The notes: generated by a model not told the origin, from the sequence alone. A stretch of 64,000 nt of DNA from Chloroflexota bacterium (GCA_016875715.1 VGOZ01000002.1:20608-84607); one strand, 5' to 3'; shown: positions 1-9,995, counted from the first letter of the stretch. Program-made: numbers and translations.

Positions 1-2
1 TG

Positions 3-629
3 CAGCTTCCCGAGTACCTGAGCTACGTCGAGGGCGCGATCATCGCCTGTCAGGCGGGCACCGCCTACTGGCCGCTGAAACGGCTCGGAGTCAGCGGACG
101 CGACACTCTCGTGGTCTCCGGTCTCGGCCCGGTCGGCCTGCTCGCGATCCTGTTCGCGAAGCCAATGGGCGCGCACATCGTCGGCGTCGATCCCTCCGCC
201 GGGCGACGCGAGATCGCCGCATCCCTGGGTGCCGACCACACGATCGACCCAACTGCCGGACCGGTCGGCGAGCAGATCCAGGCGATTGTGCCCGAGCGCG
301 GTACATGCCTGATCGAAACCTCGGGATCGAGCGCCGCCCACGCGGTCATTGGCGAGCTCGTGCGCGCCGGCGGGACGGCCGCGATCGTGGGCCTCGGCAA
401 TCCCGAGTTCAAAATGCCGATGATGATGCTCGCCCACCGCGAATTGACCGTTTTCGGCAGCAGCATCTATCCGGATACGATGTTTGCGGAGATCTGCACC
501 TTCATCCGCGATCGCGGCGTCAAACTTGAGAGGGTCGTCAGTCACTACATGCCCCTGGAGAAGGGGCCGGAGGCTTTCCAGATCGCGGAGCAGGCCACGT
601 CGGGGAAGGTCTGCTTCACCTTCGACTGA
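3..629 (+). CDS. Zn-dependent (MDR family) dehydrogenase, 5'-truncated by window edge
   Basis: Frame open from window start; Rossmann motif VSGLGPVG; MDR C-terminus AFQIAEQATSGKVCF. Confidence 0.85.
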   Translation, partial: QLPEYLSYVEGAIIACQAGTAYWPLKRLGVSGRDTLVVSGLGPVGLLAILFAKPMGAHIVGVDPSAGRREIAASLGADHTIDPTAGPVGEQIQAIVPERGTCLIETSGSSAAHAVIGELVRAGGTAAIVGLGNPEFKMPMMMLAHRELTVFGSSIYPDTMFAEICTFIRDRGVKLERVVSHYMPLEKGPEAFQIAEQATSGKVCFTFD

Positions 630-640
630 GCGTCCGGGCG

Positions 641-1282
641 ATGGGTCTTGAGGCGCGCGCAGCCCTGCTGGTGGACGGCGGCGAGATTGCCACCGGTCGG
701 GCACTTCTGGAGACCGACGAGCTGTTCTTTCGCCCTACCGGAGCGCGTCTGCGCATCCCGCTCGCGACGATCCGCGGCGCTTCGGCCGAGGGCGCGCGAC
801 TCAGGATCCAGCGGGACGAAGGCGCGCTCGTGCTCGATCTCGAAGGACCAGCCCAGCGCTGGGTCGATCGTATCTTGCGGCCGCGGTCGCTTCTCGACCG
901 CATGGGGCTACGCGCCGGGCAGCGCGTCCGCATCGCAGGAGTCACCGATGAGCCCTTCCTGCGCGATGCGCGCCAGGCTCTCGCCGTCGTCGACGACGCG
1001 GTCGCGCCGATCGATGTACTGATCCTCCAGATCGAGGATCCAGGCGGACTCGCCGGCATGGGCGCCGCGATCGGACCCGTCCCGCCGGCGGCCACCTGGC
1101 TGATCACACCGCGTGGACGGGCGGGTTTGGGCGACACGGCGGTGCTCGGGGCCGGCCGAGCGCACGGACTCGTCGATACTCGGGTGGCGCGCTTCTCAGC
1201 GACCCACACCGCGACCCGGTTCAGTCGCCCGCACGTGGGACGGGCCGCCTCCGCACCAGACTTGGCCTCGCCCTCCGCCTGA
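641..1282 (+). CDS. DUF3052-like hypothetical protein
   Basis: SLLDRMGL...WLITPRG...AGRAHGLVDTRVARFSATHTA pattern. Confidence 0.55.
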   Translation: MGLEARAALLVDGGEIATGRALLETDELFFRPTGARLRIPLATIRGASAEGARLRIQRDEGALVLDLEGPAQRWVDRILRPRSLLDRMGLRAGQRVRIAGVTDEPFLRDARQALAVVDDAVAPIDVLILQIEDPGGLAGMGAAIGPVPPAATWLITPRGRAGLGDTAVLGAGRAHGLVDTRVARFSATHTATRFSRPHVGRAASAPDLASPSA

Positions 1283-1318
1283 GGCGCGATCGGGCGCTCC
1301 AGCCGTCGGCGCCCGGTC

Positions 1319-1533
1319 ATGGCGCTGCCCCCTTTCTCCAGCATCTCCAGGTGCTCGAGAGGAGCGGCGTCGTCCGAGTATCCCGGAGCGGCAGAGCGGG
1401 CGCGCACTACCGGGCGGTCGCGCTGCACCCGAACGCCGACAGTCGCGGCCGACACGAGGCGAGGGGTTTCCACGATGGGTGGGGCCAGGCCTTTGCCCAG
1501 ATGGTGGAACTGCGGTGCCCCGGACTCGACTGA
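1319..1533 (+). pseudogene. Chimeric remnant: ArsR HTH fragment joined to SRPBCC/AHA1 C-terminal fragment
   Basis: MALP-(frameshift)-FLQHLQVLERSGVVRVSRSGR is ArsR-like; it continues in frame into HYRAVALH...RHEARGFHDGWGQAFAQMVEL, an AHA1-like C-terminus. Confidence 0.6.
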
Positions 1534-1655
1534 GGCACCGCGAGCGGGACCGGCGGCTTCCCGCCCGCCCCGCCTGGCTCCGCACCGACCGGTTCTGACG
1601 CACGTCGAGGCCGGCCGTGGGCCGGAAGTCCGCGACTCCCTTCGCGGTACGCCCT

Positions 1656-2057
1656 CTAGCCCATCGTGTTCGCCGCCTCCGGCTTCACCCGGTAGATGAC
1701 ACGCTGCTCGCCCTCACGGCGGGGGTAGTTGCGGTCGCCCCAGTACTTCTCGCGCAACGAGCAGATGTTGTCAAAGGCGCCTTCCTCGGTCTCATCGACC
1801 ACCTGGCCCCGGATCTGGATGTAGCGGTACGGGTTCTTCGGATCCTGAACCGAAAGCGCGACCTTCGGGTGGCGATGGAGGATGCGGTCCTTCACCCGCC
1901 GCCGCGCCGTGTTGAAGATGATGTGCTCGCCGTCATAGTCGAACCACATCGGCGTCACGTGGGGCGTGCCGTCCTTCGTCACCAGCGCGAGCGAGGCGAA
2001 AGCCTTCGCCTCGCGCCCGAGGATATCGAGAAACCGCTCTGGAATCGCGTTTGCCAT
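1656..2057 (-). CDS. PPOX class F420-dependent oxidoreductase
   Basis: LALVTKDGTPHVTPMWFDYDG...KVALSVQDPKNPYRYIQIRG; GGAAGGAG RBS before ATG 2057. Confidence 0.9.
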   Translation of the reverse strand: MANAIPERFLDILGREAKAFASLALVTKDGTPHVTPMWFDYDGEHIIFNTARRRVKDRILHRHPKVALSVQDPKNPYRYIQIRGQVVDETEEGAFDNICSLREKYWGDRNYPRREGEQRVIYRVKPEAANTMG

Positions 2058-2368
2058 GTGATGTCTCCTTCCGCCTGGTAGAGAGGATGAGGATAGACAC
2101 GCGTTTCGCCACGCGCCGCCACGGCTATCCCGGCCGGAGGCGGAACTCGTCAAAGCAGGGCCAGCGGGACGCATCCTCACCGGACATCTCGGCGGCGAAC
2201 CCGGCGCGGACGGCGTCGGGCGGACGTTCGATCGGGACGCTAACGTGCTTGATCCGGTACGGCATGAGGCCATCCTAGCCGACGGCCTGCGCCGGCCGTC
2301 TTGAACGAATCGGACACCCGGGCGGCTGCACGCCGCCGCCGTTTTCCGACTTTCTGTTGGAGTCATAG

Positions 2369-2380
2369 GAACGGGTGTTC
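2369..2380. promoter_or_regulatory. Putative LexA (SOS) box GAAC-GGGT-GTTC
   Basis: Exact GAAC-N4-GTTC match in an AT-richer intergenic stretch upstream of the GIY-YIG nuclease. Confidence 0.55.
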
Positions 2381-2619
2381 TGCTCTGTAAGGTAGCTAGC
2401 GCCAGGGTAGTCGGCTGTGTCGGGAACGCCCCCACGACTAGATTGGCCTTCTCGCAGCGCCCCCAGCGGGAGAAGGAGCACCGACGTCGCCAGGGCGCGC
2501 GCCGCGCACCCGGACGCCGTATCCTGCGCGCGGGCCATCAGTGACCCCGCAACGAGGAGGTTCGGACTTGCTGCGGTCGCTCCACTGGCGGACGTGCGCT
2601 GCTCGCCGACGACGCGCCC

Positions 2620-3408
2620 GTGCAGCTGGACGAGGTGCGCCGCCGGACGAGCCGGCCAGCGAGCCGCTGCACGACGGGTTCGCCGAGGCCGAGCTGGCTA
2701 GGATGCTACGTCTACGCGCTGCGCGATCCGCGCACCGAGGTCATCTTCTACGTCGGGAAGGGCAAGGGCGACCGCGTCTACCAGCACGCGCGGCACGCCA
2801 AGCGGGTCGACGCGGCAGAAACGCCAGAACAGCTCAAGCTCAGCCGTATCCGCGAGATACTCGCCGGGGGCCACGAGGTCGGCGTCGAGATCATTCGCCA
2901 CGGTATGGACGAGGCGGTCGCCTACGAAGTCGAAGGCGCGGTGATCGACGCCCGCGCTGTGGCCGGCGTCGGTCTCACCAACGCCGTTTCCGGGCATGGG
3001 CTCGCGCGGGGTTGGCGCCCGCTCGACGACATCGTCGCGAGGTACGCGGCAAGACCTGCCGAGATCGCACCCCAGCACCGCGTGATCCTCATCCGGATCA
3101 GGCGGCAGTACAAGGCCGGCATGCCGGCGGACGCGCTCTACGAGGCGACGCGGAAGTGGTGGGCGGCCGCGCCGGCGCGGCGCCGGCCCGAGTGGGCGTT
3201 CGCCGTCCACGACGGGATCGTGCGGGCCGTGTACACGATCGAAGGGTGGGAGCGGCCGCAGGAGCACGAGCGCGTCGGACGACTCAAGAACCGGTGGGCG
3301 TTCTTCGGCCGACGCGACGAACCCATGGAGGATGTGTACCTCTGGACGGACGTATCGCGGTACCTGCCGCGGGGCGCCCAGAACCCCACCCGGTACGTCC
3401 ATTGCTGA
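2620..3408 (+). CDS. LEM-3-like GIY-YIG nuclease (start uncertain; possible frameshift near 2700)
   Basis: YVYALRDPR..IFYVGKGKGDRVYQH, AYEVEGAVID, LTNAVSGH; C-terminal LYEATRKWW...QNPTRYV. Confidence 0.8.
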   Translation: MQLDEVRRRTSRPASRCTTGSPRPSWLGCYVYALRDPRTEVIFYVGKGKGDRVYQHARHAKRVDAAETPEQLKLSRIREILAGGHEVGVEIIRHGMDEAVAYEVEGAVIDARAVAGVGLTNAVSGHGLARGWRPLDDIVARYAARPAEIAPQHRVILIRIRRQYKAGMPADALYEATRKWWAAAPARRRPEWAFAVHDGIVRAVYTIEGWERPQEHERVGRLKNRWAFFGRRDEPMEDVYLWTDVSRYLPRGAQNPTRYVHC

Positions 3409-3439
3409 GCTCGTACGTGGCCGCAGGCGGTTGGCAACG

Positions 3440-4532
3440 TTGAGCGCTCCCGTCGAGCAGCGTCCGGTCGTGCGACCGGAGCACCACCGCGCGGTGGACT
3501 ACATGGAATCGGAGGGGTTCCGCGCGGTGATGGCGGTCTTCGACGCGCACCGCGCCGAGACGGGCGGGGTCTATTACCGGCCTGTCGCCGGCGGGATCTG
3601 CGTCATCGACCTGTCGCCGGCCTCGCGAAAGACTCGCATCGGCGTGGGGCGGGCGCCCGTGCGGCCGGGAACAACGGCGGACGAGGTCGCGCGCGGCATG
3701 CCGGCGCGCCTCGCGTACCTGCGTCAGGCGCGCGACCGGCAGGCGCGGGACTCGAAGGAGGTGCAGATCGAGGCCGCCCTCATCGGTCACGCCCTCGGGG
3801 CCGGCTTGCGGTTGCCGGCGCCGTTGGACCCGAGCCTGCGCTTCGTGCACAGCCAATGGCGCATCGAGCCGGCGGCGGGGAAGGGGGCACGTTTCACCGA
3901 CCTCATCGCGGTGGACACCGCGACGGCGGCGCTCGCGATTATCGAGCTGAAGAAGCGGCCCGACCCGCGCGCGCTGGAGCAGGCGAGCGGGACGCTCGAG
4001 CGGAACCTGCTCGCACCGGCGCCGCGCCTGCTGATCGTTCTCGGCGTGGGCGTCTATTACACCGGGTTGTTCCTGTTCCACGTCGCCTCGCTTCTGACGC
4101 TCGCCTTCCTCTTCCTGCACATCAACGTTCGGTGGACGCCGTCCGCTCTGGCGACCACCGGACTCGTTATCGTGCTGGTCGTGCTGTTGAGCGTCGGATT
4201 CGGGATCCTCTCCGCCGCCGTGATGCTGGCGTGGCGCGATGGCTCCCTGGTGATGATCGCGATCAATCGTCCGATGCTGCTGGTGAGCGGCGCCTACCTC
4301 CTGTTACCGACTATTCCCGAGCCCGTTCCGCACGCTCGCCTGGTTCAACCCCCTGGCGTAGGCGGTAGACGCGTTTCGAGGCAGCCTGACCGGGGTCACC
4401 GTCCTTCTGCCGCTAGAGCAGGCGATCGTCGTCCTTACCGTGGCGACGGTTGTGCTGATCGGCGCGGGTATCGCGTTGTTCGAGCACCTCATGGGCATCT
4501 GGTTGCGCACGGGGTCGCTCGACGCCCACTGA
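3440..4532 (+). pseudogene. Chimera of a truncated PD-(D/E)XK nuclease and the 3' half of an ABC-2 permease (frameshift ~4323, TAG 4359-4361)
   Basis: FTDLIAVD...IIELKK...ALEQA runs into EQASGTLERNLLAP plus TM helices; after a +1 shift reads LAWFNPLA*AVDAFRG...TGA 4532. Confidence 0.7.
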
Positions 4533-4544
4533 CCGGCGACTGAA

Positions 4545-4985
4545 TCAGACCGCGACATCCTCAAGGTGCTGCACGCAACTGAACGACGGCGCGAGGAGGC
4601 GGAACATCCGCTCGTCGGCGGTGACGTAGATGGCGCCATCGCGGATCGCCAGCGCGAGGTGGAGCGCCTCCGCGAACGGCCGATCGTGGCGGCTCGCCAG
4701 GAGCAGCGCCTCATCGGCCAGATCCTCGGAAGGCACGAGCGGGGGCAGGATCGCGTGGAGCACCTGGTGAACCTGCTGCGCGTGGTCGGCCGTCACCTCA
4801 CCGGCGCGGACCTTGCGGCGGCAGATGCTCCCCAGTTCGGCGACGAGCACGTCCGGTGCACGGAGGGAGAGCGTCTGCGCTGCCCAGGCGTCGAAGAGGC
4901 GCAGCGCCGTCGCGGAGTCGGTCTCGTTGAAACCCCACTTGGCGACGGTCGCCGCGTCGACGACAACCGGGCTATCGGCCGCCAC
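4545..4985 (-). CDS. vapC: Type II TA toxin, VapC/PIN domain
   Basis: VVVDAATVAKW, APDVLVAEL, ALHLALA, YVTADERM; overlaps antitoxin gene. Confidence 0.85.
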   Translation of the reverse strand: MAADSPVVVDAATVAKWGFNETDSATALRLFDAWAAQTLSLRAPDVLVAELGSICRRKVRAGEVTADHAQQVHQVLHAILPPLVPSEDLADEALLLASRHDRPFAEALHLALAIRDGAIYVTADERMFRLLAPSFSCVQHLEDVAV

Positions 4986-5223
4986 GCTCGGACCAGAGGA
5001 GCGACGCGCTATCGGTCGTCGCCTGGCCGGGCGCGACGCGCATGCGCAGCGCATCGAGCCGCCTCCGCTGTCGGCCGAGTTGCGCCGCACGCCGGGTCAC
5101 CGCGGCGTGCTCGTCCAGTACGCTCACCAGATGCCGGTTGACGCTCCTCCCCTGGTGGTCGGCCTCGCCCCGCAGCGCGTCCAGCGTCGTTTCCGACAGA
5201 CCCCGAATCGTCAGTACCGCCAT
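4972..5223 (-). CDS. FitA/VapB-like ribbon-helix-helix antitoxin
   Basis: MAVLTIRGLSETTLDALRGEADHQGRSVN; directly upstream of PIN toxin. Confidence 0.85.
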   Translation of the reverse strand: MAVLTIRGLSETTLDALRGEADHQGRSVNRHLVSVLDEHAAVTRRAAQLGRQRRRLDALRMRVAPGQATTDSASLLWSERGGR

Positions 5224-5254
5224 GCCCGCACTCCTGATCGCGATGGCCCCAGAA

Positions 5255-5270
5255 TAGAACAGATGATCTA
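5255..5270. promoter_or_regulatory. Palindromic operator TAGAAC-AGAT-GATCTA (SOS-like box or TA autoregulatory site)
   Basis: One mismatch from AGAAC-N4-GTTCT, about 30 bp upstream of the antitoxin start. Confidence 0.45.
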
Positions 5271-5573
5271 CTTAGTGCAAGCCCCTCTTTCGAGAGTCGC
5301 GGGAGTCCCGCTCGCCTCACCCCGCTGCCCGCGCGCCTCGAGGGCTGAAGACCGTGTCGCGGACTTCTCCCGCAGGCAGAGTCGAAGGGCGAGGTTGCTC
5401 TGCGGGCAGGCCCCCATCCCGGCATTGTCGCGCCGTCCATGCCACGTCCGATGCCGGCACCGGGCGCCCGATGCCCTCACCTCGCGACACGTGGGCGTCC
5501 TCGCGGTGGGAGTGAAACTTCAGCGCACCTGGCAGGGAGTGACGGTCTGCGGGCCGGCTGTTTGCCCCGGTCG

Positions 5574-7535
5574 CTAACCGCGCGGCCTGGGTGTCCCCGT
5601 AGCGGGCGCGACCGTCGGCGTACCGGGGCCGGGAGTGACGGTCGGCGTGCCGGGGCCAGGCGTGGGGGTTGCGGTGCCGGTGAGAGCGATCGCCGTCGCG
5701 GTAGCCGGGTTCGGCGTGCGGGTCGGGAACGGCGTGCGCTGATCGTCTGGCGCCATCCGCACCGGAGGGATCGGCGTGGGCGTCCCCTTCGGGAAGGCCG
5801 CTTCGATGGGCAGCTCCGGCGGTTTGTTCATCGTGCCCACCAGCGTGACGGAGCGTGACGGCAGGTAGTTGCTCTTCATCTTGAGGATCCGCTTCTCCGG
5901 GCCATCTCCGGTCACGGTGCGGCTCAGTTCGACAAAAAATCCATCGCGCGGCGCCTCGATGACGAGCGTGCGTCCCCAGGGCAGCGCCGGATCCGGCTGT
6001 AATACCGGCTCGGGGTCGGGCGCATTCGCGTTGGTGATAATCGGTTTGGCGACCTCGATCTGCCAGCCGGGCTTCCGCCCGTGCAACTCGAAGATGATGT
6101 TGTCACCCTCCACGCGCGCCTGGATCACGATCGGCGTCTTCGAACTATTGATCCACTTGAAGTCGACGTTGAACTCCTCGTCCACCGTCACATCCAGGCC
6201 GACGATCCCGCGGGACGCGTAGGAGGGGATCCAGTAGAGGTGCCAGTACCGCTCCTCGAGCGGGTAGCCGGCCCAGAACACCGCCTGAAAGAGCGTCGTG
6301 GAGACCTGGCAGATCCCGCCGGCGATCGAGGGAACGGTGCGGATACCCTCCTCGGAGTTCGTGATGCCGTAGCCCCATTTGAACCCCGCGTCCAGGGTTG
6401 TCGGCCCGACCGCGCGGTTGAACGAGAACACATCTCCGGGCGCGACAACGTAGCCGTTGAGACGGCTCGCCGCCAGGGTCACGTTATGGCGCTTCTCGGG
6501 GATCGCCCCGCCGAGCGGCGTGGAGCCTTTCTCGATCAATTCCGAGACCTCGAGCGATGGCGCGCTGTCCGGGCCGTACCTGGGTGGTATCGCCCGCACG
6601 GGCAGGATGACCAGACGTGACTCCTCGTCGAGCGCCCTCTGGAAGGCCGCCAGCGCGCCATTGTGGTCGAGTTGTTGTCCGGGTTTGCCCGGATCGATGA
6701 CCTTCGCGCGTCCGGCCTCGATGCTGAAGCGCGCGTTGACCGGCTCCGTCTCAATGACCGGCGCGAACTTCTTCAGAAAGGCTTCGAGCACCATCTCGTC
6801 GGGGACGAGCCGGGCGGGAACGCCGGGTCTCGCGGGCGCGATAGCGAGAACGGAGGCGAAGTCCTTTCGATTGAACGTCCAGAAGCGGTCGTCTCGCCGC
6901 GCGGTGAGGTACGGCGGCGCGCCGTCCAGCAGGCGATTGGCCCGCGCGAATGCCACGGAGGTCAGGTCGTCGGCCACCCGGATCGGCACCGGCGTCATCG
7001 GCAGGTCGGCTCGCGGTTCGGCTCGATCGATCGCTGCCAGGATCCGTTCCCGCGCGAGCGGGCGATCGACATCCTCGCCAGGACGTGCCGGCACGCGGGT
7101 GACGCGGCCGTCGGCGCTGATGCGCAGGTCCGCGTCGATCGGCTCGCGTCGGCTCGCGCGCGATGCGAGGTCGATCAGTCGGTCCATCGCCGCGTCGTCG
7201 CGCGGGCGGTGGAGGCGCGGCCGGCCCTCCTCATACGCGACGGTGAAGCCGAGTTCCCGCGGGCTAGTACGTAGCTGCACGAGCCCTAGGCCGACGGCGA
7301 GCGGCCGATCCAGCATCGCGTTCGCGGCGGCGACATCCGGCGTGGGCGTGGCGGGAACAGGAGTAGGCACGAGGGGCTTCGACGCCGAGGACGATGCGGC
7401 CGCCGTCGCGGTGGCGGCCGCGCCGGGTGGCACGTCGCCTCCCGGCAAGCGGAAGCCTGGCGCACAGGCGAGCGCGCCGGTGATGCCGAGCGCGGCGATC
7501 ATCCGCCGCCGTGAGATCGCGTGCCGTCGTCCCAT
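5574..7535 (-). CDS. VanW family protein with peptidoglycan-binding-type repeats; Tat/lipoprotein-like signal; Pro/Thr tail
   Basis: FSFNRAVG, GGICQVSTTLFQA, LEERYWH, GLDVTV; SRRRM...ALAC N-terminus. Confidence 0.85.
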   Translation of the reverse strand: MGRRHAISRRRMIAALGITGALACAPGFRLPGGDVPPGAAATATAAASSSASKPLVPTPVPATPTPDVAAANAMLDRPLAVGLGLVQLRTSPRELGFTVAYEEGRPRLHRPRDDAAMDRLIDLASRASRREPIDADLRISADGRVTRVPARPGEDVDRPLARERILAAIDRAEPRADLPMTPVPIRVADDLTSVAFARANRLLDGAPPYLTARRDDRFWTFNRKDFASVLAIAPARPGVPARLVPDEMVLEAFLKKFAPVIETEPVNARFSIEAGRAKVIDPGKPGQQLDHNGALAAFQRALDEESRLVILPVRAIPPRYGPDSAPSLEVSELIEKGSTPLGGAIPEKRHNVTLAASRLNGYVVAPGDVFSFNRAVGPTTLDAGFKWGYGITNSEEGIRTVPSIAGGICQVSTTLFQAVFWAGYPLEERYWHLYWIPSYASRGIVGLDVTVDEEFNVDFKWINSSKTPIVIQARVEGDNIIFELHGRKPGWQIEVAKPIITNANAPDPEPVLQPDPALPWGRTLVIEAPRDGFFVELSRTVTGDGPEKRILKMKSNYLPSRSVTLVGTMNKPPELPIEAAFPKGTPTPIPPVRMAPDDQRTPFPTRTPNPATATAIALTGTATPTPGPGTPTVTPGPGTPTVAPATGTPRPRG

Positions 7536-8512
7536 CAGTAGCCGCGCCCTTTGTCGACCACGTTATGGTAAACACCGCCTTCCACAAGCGCCCGCAGGTT
7601 CGCGATCGCGATGTCGACGCCGCGCTGTCGCGTGCCCGGCGTGCTGGCGCCGTTATGCGGCGTCACGATTGCGTTCGGCAAGTCCCAGAACGGGCTGTCG
7701 GCCGGGAGCGGTTCGGTTGTGTGGGCGTCGAGGCCGCCGCCGGCGATCCATCCCTCGCGGAGCGCGCGCAGAAGCGCCGCCTCGTCGGCGATTCCCCCGC
7801 GCGAAAAGCAGATGTAGAAGGCCGAGCGCTTCATCGCCCGGAACTCCGCCTCGCCGAGCATGCCGCGCGTCTCCGGCGTGAGCGGCGCGGTGACGACGAC
7901 GAAGTCGGAGCGGCCGAGGAACTCGTGGAGCCGCTCCCGGAATCGCGGCGCGCCGGGTCCCGGATACTGCTCGTCGACGTTCGGCGTCGCCGTATCGCTT
8001 TGCCGCATCCCCAGGACCCGCATGTGGAACGCCTGGCACTTCAGGGCGAGATCCTGGCCCGAATGACCCAGACCGATGATGCCGCACGTGAGGCCGTTCA
8101 ATTCGGGGTGGTTCCAGTGGTCCCATCGATGCGCGGCCTGAGCGCGGGCCCATCGCCGCGCATCGCGGTTGAGCATCAGCATCAGCATCATCGCGTGCTC
8201 GGCCAGGGGGATCGCGCCGTTACCTTTGCACGAGGTGACGACGATGGGGCTCGCCACGATCTCCGGGATCATCAATCGGTCCGGTCCGGCCGCCCAGCTC
8301 TGGATGAGCTTCAGCCGTCGCGCGCGGCGGAACGCCTCCGGGCTCAGTTCGGAGCAGACGATCGCGTCGGCCTCCTCGATCGCGGCCTCGAACGCATTCT
8401 GCTGGGCGAAACGGCGCAGATCGTGATCTGGCAGCGCGGCGACAATCTGGTCCCACTGCGGCTCGGTGAGCGTCCCGGTGATGAGGATCGTCGCGCGCTG
8501 AGCGCCGGCCAC
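7535..8512 (-). CDS. D-2-hydroxyacid dehydrogenase
   Basis: GIIGLGHSG, PLTPETRG, LDAHTTEPLP, IVTPHNG; GAGGG RBS before GTG. Confidence 0.9.
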   Translation of the reverse strand: MAGAQRATILITGTLTEPQWDQIVAALPDHDLRRFAQQNAFEAAIEEADAIVCSELSPEAFRRARRLKLIQSWAAGPDRLMIPEIVASPIVVTSCKGNGAIPLAEHAMMLMLMLNRDARRWARAQAAHRWDHWNHPELNGLTCGIIGLGHSGQDLALKCQAFHMRVLGMRQSDTATPNVDEQYPGPGAPRFRERLHEFLGRSDFVVVTAPLTPETRGMLGEAEFRAMKRSAFYICFSRGGIADEAALLRALREGWIAGGGLDAHTTEPLPADSPFWDLPNAIVTPHNGASTPGTRQRGVDIAIANLRALVEGGVYHNVVDKGRGY

Positions 8513-8597
8513 CGTGGTCGGTTCCCTCGTTATGGTGCAACGGAGTGTAGGGCGCGCGGCGTGAGGGTGTCGCGAAACGCAGCGTCCAGCCCGCCTT

Positions 8598-8745
8598 TCT
8601 CCCTCTCCCGTCGCGGCGGGAGAGGGGCTGGGGTGAGGGTGCCTCCGCCAGCGGCGCGACGCAGGCGGTCCACAGCGCACCCGGACGGAGGATCGCCGCC
8701 CTCACCCTCCGCTTCGCTCCACCCTCTCGGCGGACGCGGGCGACG
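8598..8745. repeat. REP-like CCCTCTCCC...GGGAGAGGG palindromic element pair
   Basis: ccctctcccg-tcgcgg-cgggagaggg-gctggggtgaggg followed by an inverted ccctcaccctccgcttcgctccaccctctc copy; degenerate relatives at ~43285-43312, ~49584-49620 and 49778-49818. Confidence 0.55.
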
Positions 8746-8986
8746 GCTGTCTGACGCTGTTGGGATGGGCGCCTGTACGGTCCCGTCGTGTCGTCGGTGA
8801 CCGAGCGGCTCGCATTCGCGGTTTCCGCCCCACCCGTGGGGGCGACCAGATTCACATGGAGCGCCCCGGTGGCCGCGGCGTCCGTCGCCCGCTGCACCGG
8901 CGCTGTCCGACCCGGTGCCGTGGCCTGGGCCGCTACCCGCCATCGACGACGCACTCGGGTACACTGCGCGCCGCCTGGAGGAATAG

Positions 8987-9988
8987 ATGCAGTACCGTGC
9001 GCTCGGTGACACTGGCCTGACCGTCTCCGCGATCGGGTTCGGTTGCTGGGAGATGGGTGGAGATCACTATGGCGGCACCGACGACTCCGAGGTGACGCGC
9101 GCAATCCACCGCGCGATCGACCTGGGCGTCACGCTCTACGACACGGCCCCGAACTACGGCTTTGGCGGCTCCGAGATCGTGCTCGGCAAGGCGCTGGGCG
9201 CGAAGCGGAAGGACATCCTCCTCGTCTCCAAAACCTGTATCTCGTGGGACCCTGTCACCTTCACCTCGAAGTTCGACGGGCGCTATTCCACGGTCAAGCG
9301 GCTTAACGAGGAGAGCCTCAAGCGTCTGGGCACCGATTATCTCGACCTGCTGCTCATCCACTGGCCGGATCCGGAGACGCCGGTTGAGGAGACGATGAAG
9401 GCGCTCGACGAGATCCGCCGTGAGGGGAAGGCCCGCCACATCGGCGTTTCCAATTACTCGCCGTACGAGTTGCGGCGGGGGCGCGCCGCAGCGCCGATCT
9501 GCGCCAATCAGGTCGGCTTCAACATGTTCGACCGGCGGTGGCAGAAAGCGATGTTCCCCACCGCGCGCGAACTGGGCATCGGGATCATGGCGTACGGACC
9601 CATGGCGCACGGTCTGCTCACCGGCACGATGCGAAAGGGGCACGTCTTCGGCGAGCACGACTGGCGGCGCCACGGCATGCTATTCGGACAGCGTCTGTTC
9701 GGGCCGAACCTCGATCAGAACCTCGACGTCGTCGAGCGGCTCAAGGGAGTGGCCGCTCGGGCGGCGACGACCCTGCCGCGCCTGGCGCTCGCCTGGGTGC
9801 TCCACGATCCGACCGTTTCGGTGGCACTCAGTGGCTGCCGCAACGTGGCCGAGATCGAGGAGAACGTCGAGGCCCTGGCCGTCGCCCTCTCGCCCGCCGT
9901 GCTGGCCGAAATCGACGAGATCCTCAAAGGCGCGGCGGGCCAGGTGGAGGAGATCCCGGGACGACACCACCAGCTGCCAGCGGCCTGA
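8987..9988 (+). CDS. Aldo/keto reductase
   Basis: VSAIGFGCW, YDTAPNYG, SLKRLGTDYLDLLLIHWPD, IGVSNY; GGAGG RBS. Confidence 0.95.
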   Translation: MQYRALGDTGLTVSAIGFGCWEMGGDHYGGTDDSEVTRAIHRAIDLGVTLYDTAPNYGFGGSEIVLGKALGAKRKDILLVSKTCISWDPVTFTSKFDGRYSTVKRLNEESLKRLGTDYLDLLLIHWPDPETPVEETMKALDEIRREGKARHIGVSNYSPYELRRGRAAAPICANQVGFNMFDRRWQKAMFPTARELGIGIMAYGPMAHGLLTGTMRKGHVFGEHDWRRHGMLFGQRLFGPNLDQNLDVVERLKGVAARAATTLPRLALAWVLHDPTVSVALSGCRNVAEIEENVEALAVALSPAVLAEIDEILKGAAGQVEEIPGRHHQLPAA

Positions 9989-9995
9989 GCCGGGC

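Noticed and set aside
3332-4543. Novel membrane-anchored nuclease as an intact gene
   Set aside because: The TM half is a recognisable ABC-2 permease remnant with frameshift and nonsense codon.
5574-7535. Vancomycin resistance locus (VanW next to a D-2-hydroxyacid dehydrogenase)
   Set aside because: No D-Ala-D-Lac ligase, VanX or VanRS nearby, and VanW-domain proteins are common outside van clusters.
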